Source: Chromera velia (taxonomy: Eukaryota). From it: a DNA stretch of 47,315 bases. Within the stretch, counting starts at the first letter, position 1; every line of letters starts with the position of its first letter. The stretch lies in assembly GCA_018398765.1 (NCBI GenBank), contig JAHBMJ010000471.1, positions 1 to 47,315 of the forward strand, written 5' to 3'. Under the pieces are notes generated by a model. It did not search any database. It had not been told where the DNA came from and saw nothing but the letters and a program-made list of their open reading frames with translations. The position numbers and the translations under genes were made by a program. This document shows positions 44,377 through 47,315 of this stretch, in pieces.

Positions 44377-45847
44377 GGTATTTCATTTCATTTAGCTTTG
44401 TTTGCTCTGCTAGTTTGTGTCTGGGAAGGCAGGCATGTCGCTTTCCCTGTTTGTGTGTCTTTCGGTTGCGTGGCTCCTCGTTTCTTTCTCATTCGCATTC
44501 AACTAAGAAATCACGAAGCCCGATCACCGTTTTCGCTTCTTGACACAGAGGGGAATCACGACTGTCCTCATCGTCATATGGTGCAGGAAATCTCCGACCG
44601 CAAGAGAAAGAGAACAGTGCAGAACTATGCAGCAATGCATACGCAGGGGTTCTCTGAAGGATCAAGTCAGTCAATTTCATTTATTCACCCCTTGTGTTGA
44701 GGTCGGCAAGAAACAAGCTTTCTCGAGGACAGCGATTTTTTTTTTCAAAAACGGCCCTGTGGCACGGTTCGTCTGTCAGCTGTTGTCATTTTCCCCGTCA
44801 CTTTGTCTCGATGAGTTGCTGTTCTTCCATGAGGCTTTTGTGCTGCAACAATGAATGCGACAGAGAACGTTCACTGACAGTCAGGTATCTGTCTTGCTTT
44901 CTTCCACGTGTCTGTGCTGCAAGAAGCAACCGTACCCTCTCTTAGTAGTCAATGCGTCTCGGGTCTTTGTGCCCCTGTATCTATCCCTGCACGCATGCAG
45001 AAATCAATCTGAAGTCACTCCTTCACTCTCCTCTCTTTCTAGGCCTAGCTCGCGCCAGCGTCCGTGTGTGTCTTTGATGCAGTCCGTTCTTCTCTGTCCC
45101 GCCCTAGATTGACTGCCCGCTTGTCCGCTTCCTCTCTAAAGTGTTTCAAGCAAGCCCTTGCCCGTTCCTTCAATTGCGCCTCCCTTTCGCTTCTCTCACA
45201 TGCAGGAAATAGTCAGACACCTTCGGGACAACGACGCGAACGTCCCCGCTCGACGGCCTTCGAGGTCCCCCCAGTCAGTCTCAGAGTTCTCTCCTTACCC
45301 TCCTTTGAGCTGTCAACCACGCAGTCGGCTTTGGAGGGGCTGCGCCACTGTCTCCGCGTCAAAGACGTGCGGAGACGTACTTGCCCTTCTTTTTTGTCGT
45401 ACAGTGGAGCTTCATTGTTCTGCTTCCATTTTTTGACCGGCTTTCTCTGTTGTCTATCTCCTCCTCGAGCTCTCGTTCCAGGCGCGCGCTAACGTCCGCT
45501 TCTTGATCTCCACACCTTGAGACTTCAAATGATCCTTCTTCTTGACGCAGCAGCCCCAGACCGAGCTCCTATTTGAATTTCCTCAACTAATGAATACACC
45601 ATGGATGTCCGTGAGAAAGAATGAAAGGCAAAAAAAGAGAGAAAGAGACGAAACTGACCGCACAAGAAATTTTCAGAGCATTCAGTGCAGTTTCTGTTTG
45701 GCTGTCTAAGTTCAAGTTTGAAGGAAACACACTGCAAAAAAAGTTTCAAAAAAACATTCTCTCCATCTACTGCCCTCTTTTTTTTTTTTTGCAGGGTTCC
45801 CCTCCCCCCGCACAGGTTGGTCTGCTTTGCCTTTTTGCTTTATTTCC

Positions 45848-46062
45848 GTCTCTCTCTCTCTCGCTCTCTCTCTTTCTCTCTCTCTCTGTGTGTGTGTATG
45901 TATGTGTACATGAAGAAAAGGAGGGAGAAGAAGAGACATATGTGTCTGTCTGCCTCATTCGCTCTCTCTCCCCCTCCCCCGGCCCTCTCTTTGTCTGTAC
46001 TTTCCCTCCCATCCCTCCCTCCATTCCGAGCTCTCCCTCTCTCTCTCTCTCTCTTTCTTTCT

Positions 46063-46104
<42 letters not shown>

Positions 46105-46456
46105 ATCGGAGGGTCAAACGTTGGATGAAAGCGTGTTTATGTACCGATACTAATGCAATATCCTCTCTACAAAGCACGCGCCGCACAATTTGTCTTCCCT
46201 TTGCCTCGAACATTAAGCATCAGCACCACCCGTCCTCTTTTGTGTGCTCACACGTGCTGCTAAACTTCTCTATTCCAGGGTAATTGTTTGCTTTCTTTCT
46301 CTCTCAATAAGCATTCTATTTTTTCATTTTCTCTATATGGATATTTGTGGTGACTTTTCTTGTGCCTTTTCCTGCAGGCGGCCACCGCTTCCAAATGAGC
46401 TTGGGAAAAGAGAGATTCCGAATATCTTCATAGCAGTCAGAGGCAAAAAATGAAGA

Positions 46457-46494
<38 letters not shown>

Positions 46495-46510
46495 AGGGAG
46501 GGAGGGAGGG
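45848..46510. repeat. Cluster of (CT)n, (TG)n, (GA)n and (GGGA)n microsatellites
   Basis: Runs at ~45848-45905, 46032-46103 and 46460-46510. Confidence 0.85.
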
Positions 46511-47315
46511 TGGGAGGACAGTGTATGGACTGGACTGGACTGAGGGCCACCATCTTTTCTCACTTCCTTCTGTCCCTCTTTTGGTCTCCCTGCCTGCATG
46601 TTTACTCTTTCTCCCTCGCAACGTGACAGCTGCTGGTCCAGCAAAGGTTTGAAGGAGTGCGTTTCGTCTTGCAAGGGCATTTTCTTTCCATCCGTGCTCT
46701 TCCTGGTGCTTAAGTCTTTAGCTCCCCCAAAGCAAGCTCCTGGCAGTGCCAGCCGCGCAAGTCGATCCAATTGATTTTCCAATTGGAAATTCAAATTTCC
46801 AATTGTATTTTTTTATGATTAAATGTTTATGTAAAGCTAATCTGTGTAACTGACACTGTTAGTAACTGCAAACTGTGTTAGCTTAAAATCTTTGAGTTTT
46901 AAAATGTTTATGCGCAAAAAAATTTTTGATACGTATTTTTTATTGATTTTCTAAGTGATTTTTGTTTCCAATTTATTTTTTCTATATTTAGAAAATATAT
47001 ATGACTTCTTGACATTTTTTTAAAAAGAAATTATCCTTTTTAATTTTTCGAAAGAGCCAACAATACTAGTAACAATATCATGGCAATATGGGAAGTCGGC
47101 AATTAGTATAACCATAACACATCCTGCTAATCATCATACATTTAATTACAGATATATAAATCTGATCTGCTTAGGCAGTTTTGATTGATTGATTGATTTG
47201 ACAAAAAAATTCTTTACTGTAATATCCGAGTCACTCTTTATAATTTGAATTTAAACTTATAATTTTGAGGCGATAAGTGATAAGTGATTTAGTGGTGCCC
47301 TTGCGCACTGTCGCC

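Noticed and set aside
45200..46794. Possible additional exons (45205-45376 +, ~46378-46435 +, or ORF 46333-46794 -)
   Set aside because: Splice-like signals exist, but no consistent gene model or recognisable protein could be built.

Overview
Eukaryotic nuclear DNA with GT-AG introns, microsatellite-rich introns, GC-rich exons and sharply bounded AT-rich islands. The gene style suggests an alveolate, most likely a chrompodellid such as Chromera velia (inference only). Contents: (1) the 3' part of a large low-complexity/coiled-coil gene (1-2763 +); (2) a 7-exon, 685-aa secreted, internally duplicated coiled-coil protein (10334-5485 -) resembling dinoflagellate trichocyst-matrix-type proteins; (3) a PH-domain-like gene (11017-12360 +); (4) a phase-consistent 13-exon, ~2525-aa protein with an N-myristoylation motif and EF-hands (26367-13909 -); (5) a single-exon 1724-aa Pro/Ser-rich protein (27850-33024 +); (6) a 231-bp MITE-like element (34626-34856); (7) an intronless PHOSPHO1/2-type HAD phosphatase (36206-35433 -); (8) a ~5.8-kb region (36869-42703) in which two repeat families read A...B-A-B on the minus strand around a stop-interrupted Gag-like ORF with Cys/His knuckles, like split-direct-repeat retroelements; (9) decayed gene fragments, including a frameshifted PTB/hnRNP-L-type RRM exon. 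The best leads are the extrusome-matrix-like protein, the split-repeat element, transition-dominated decay of repeats, and splice donors embedded in 4-nt-periodic GTNN arrays. All gene models were assembled by hand from splice signals and frame continuity; no database searches were run.
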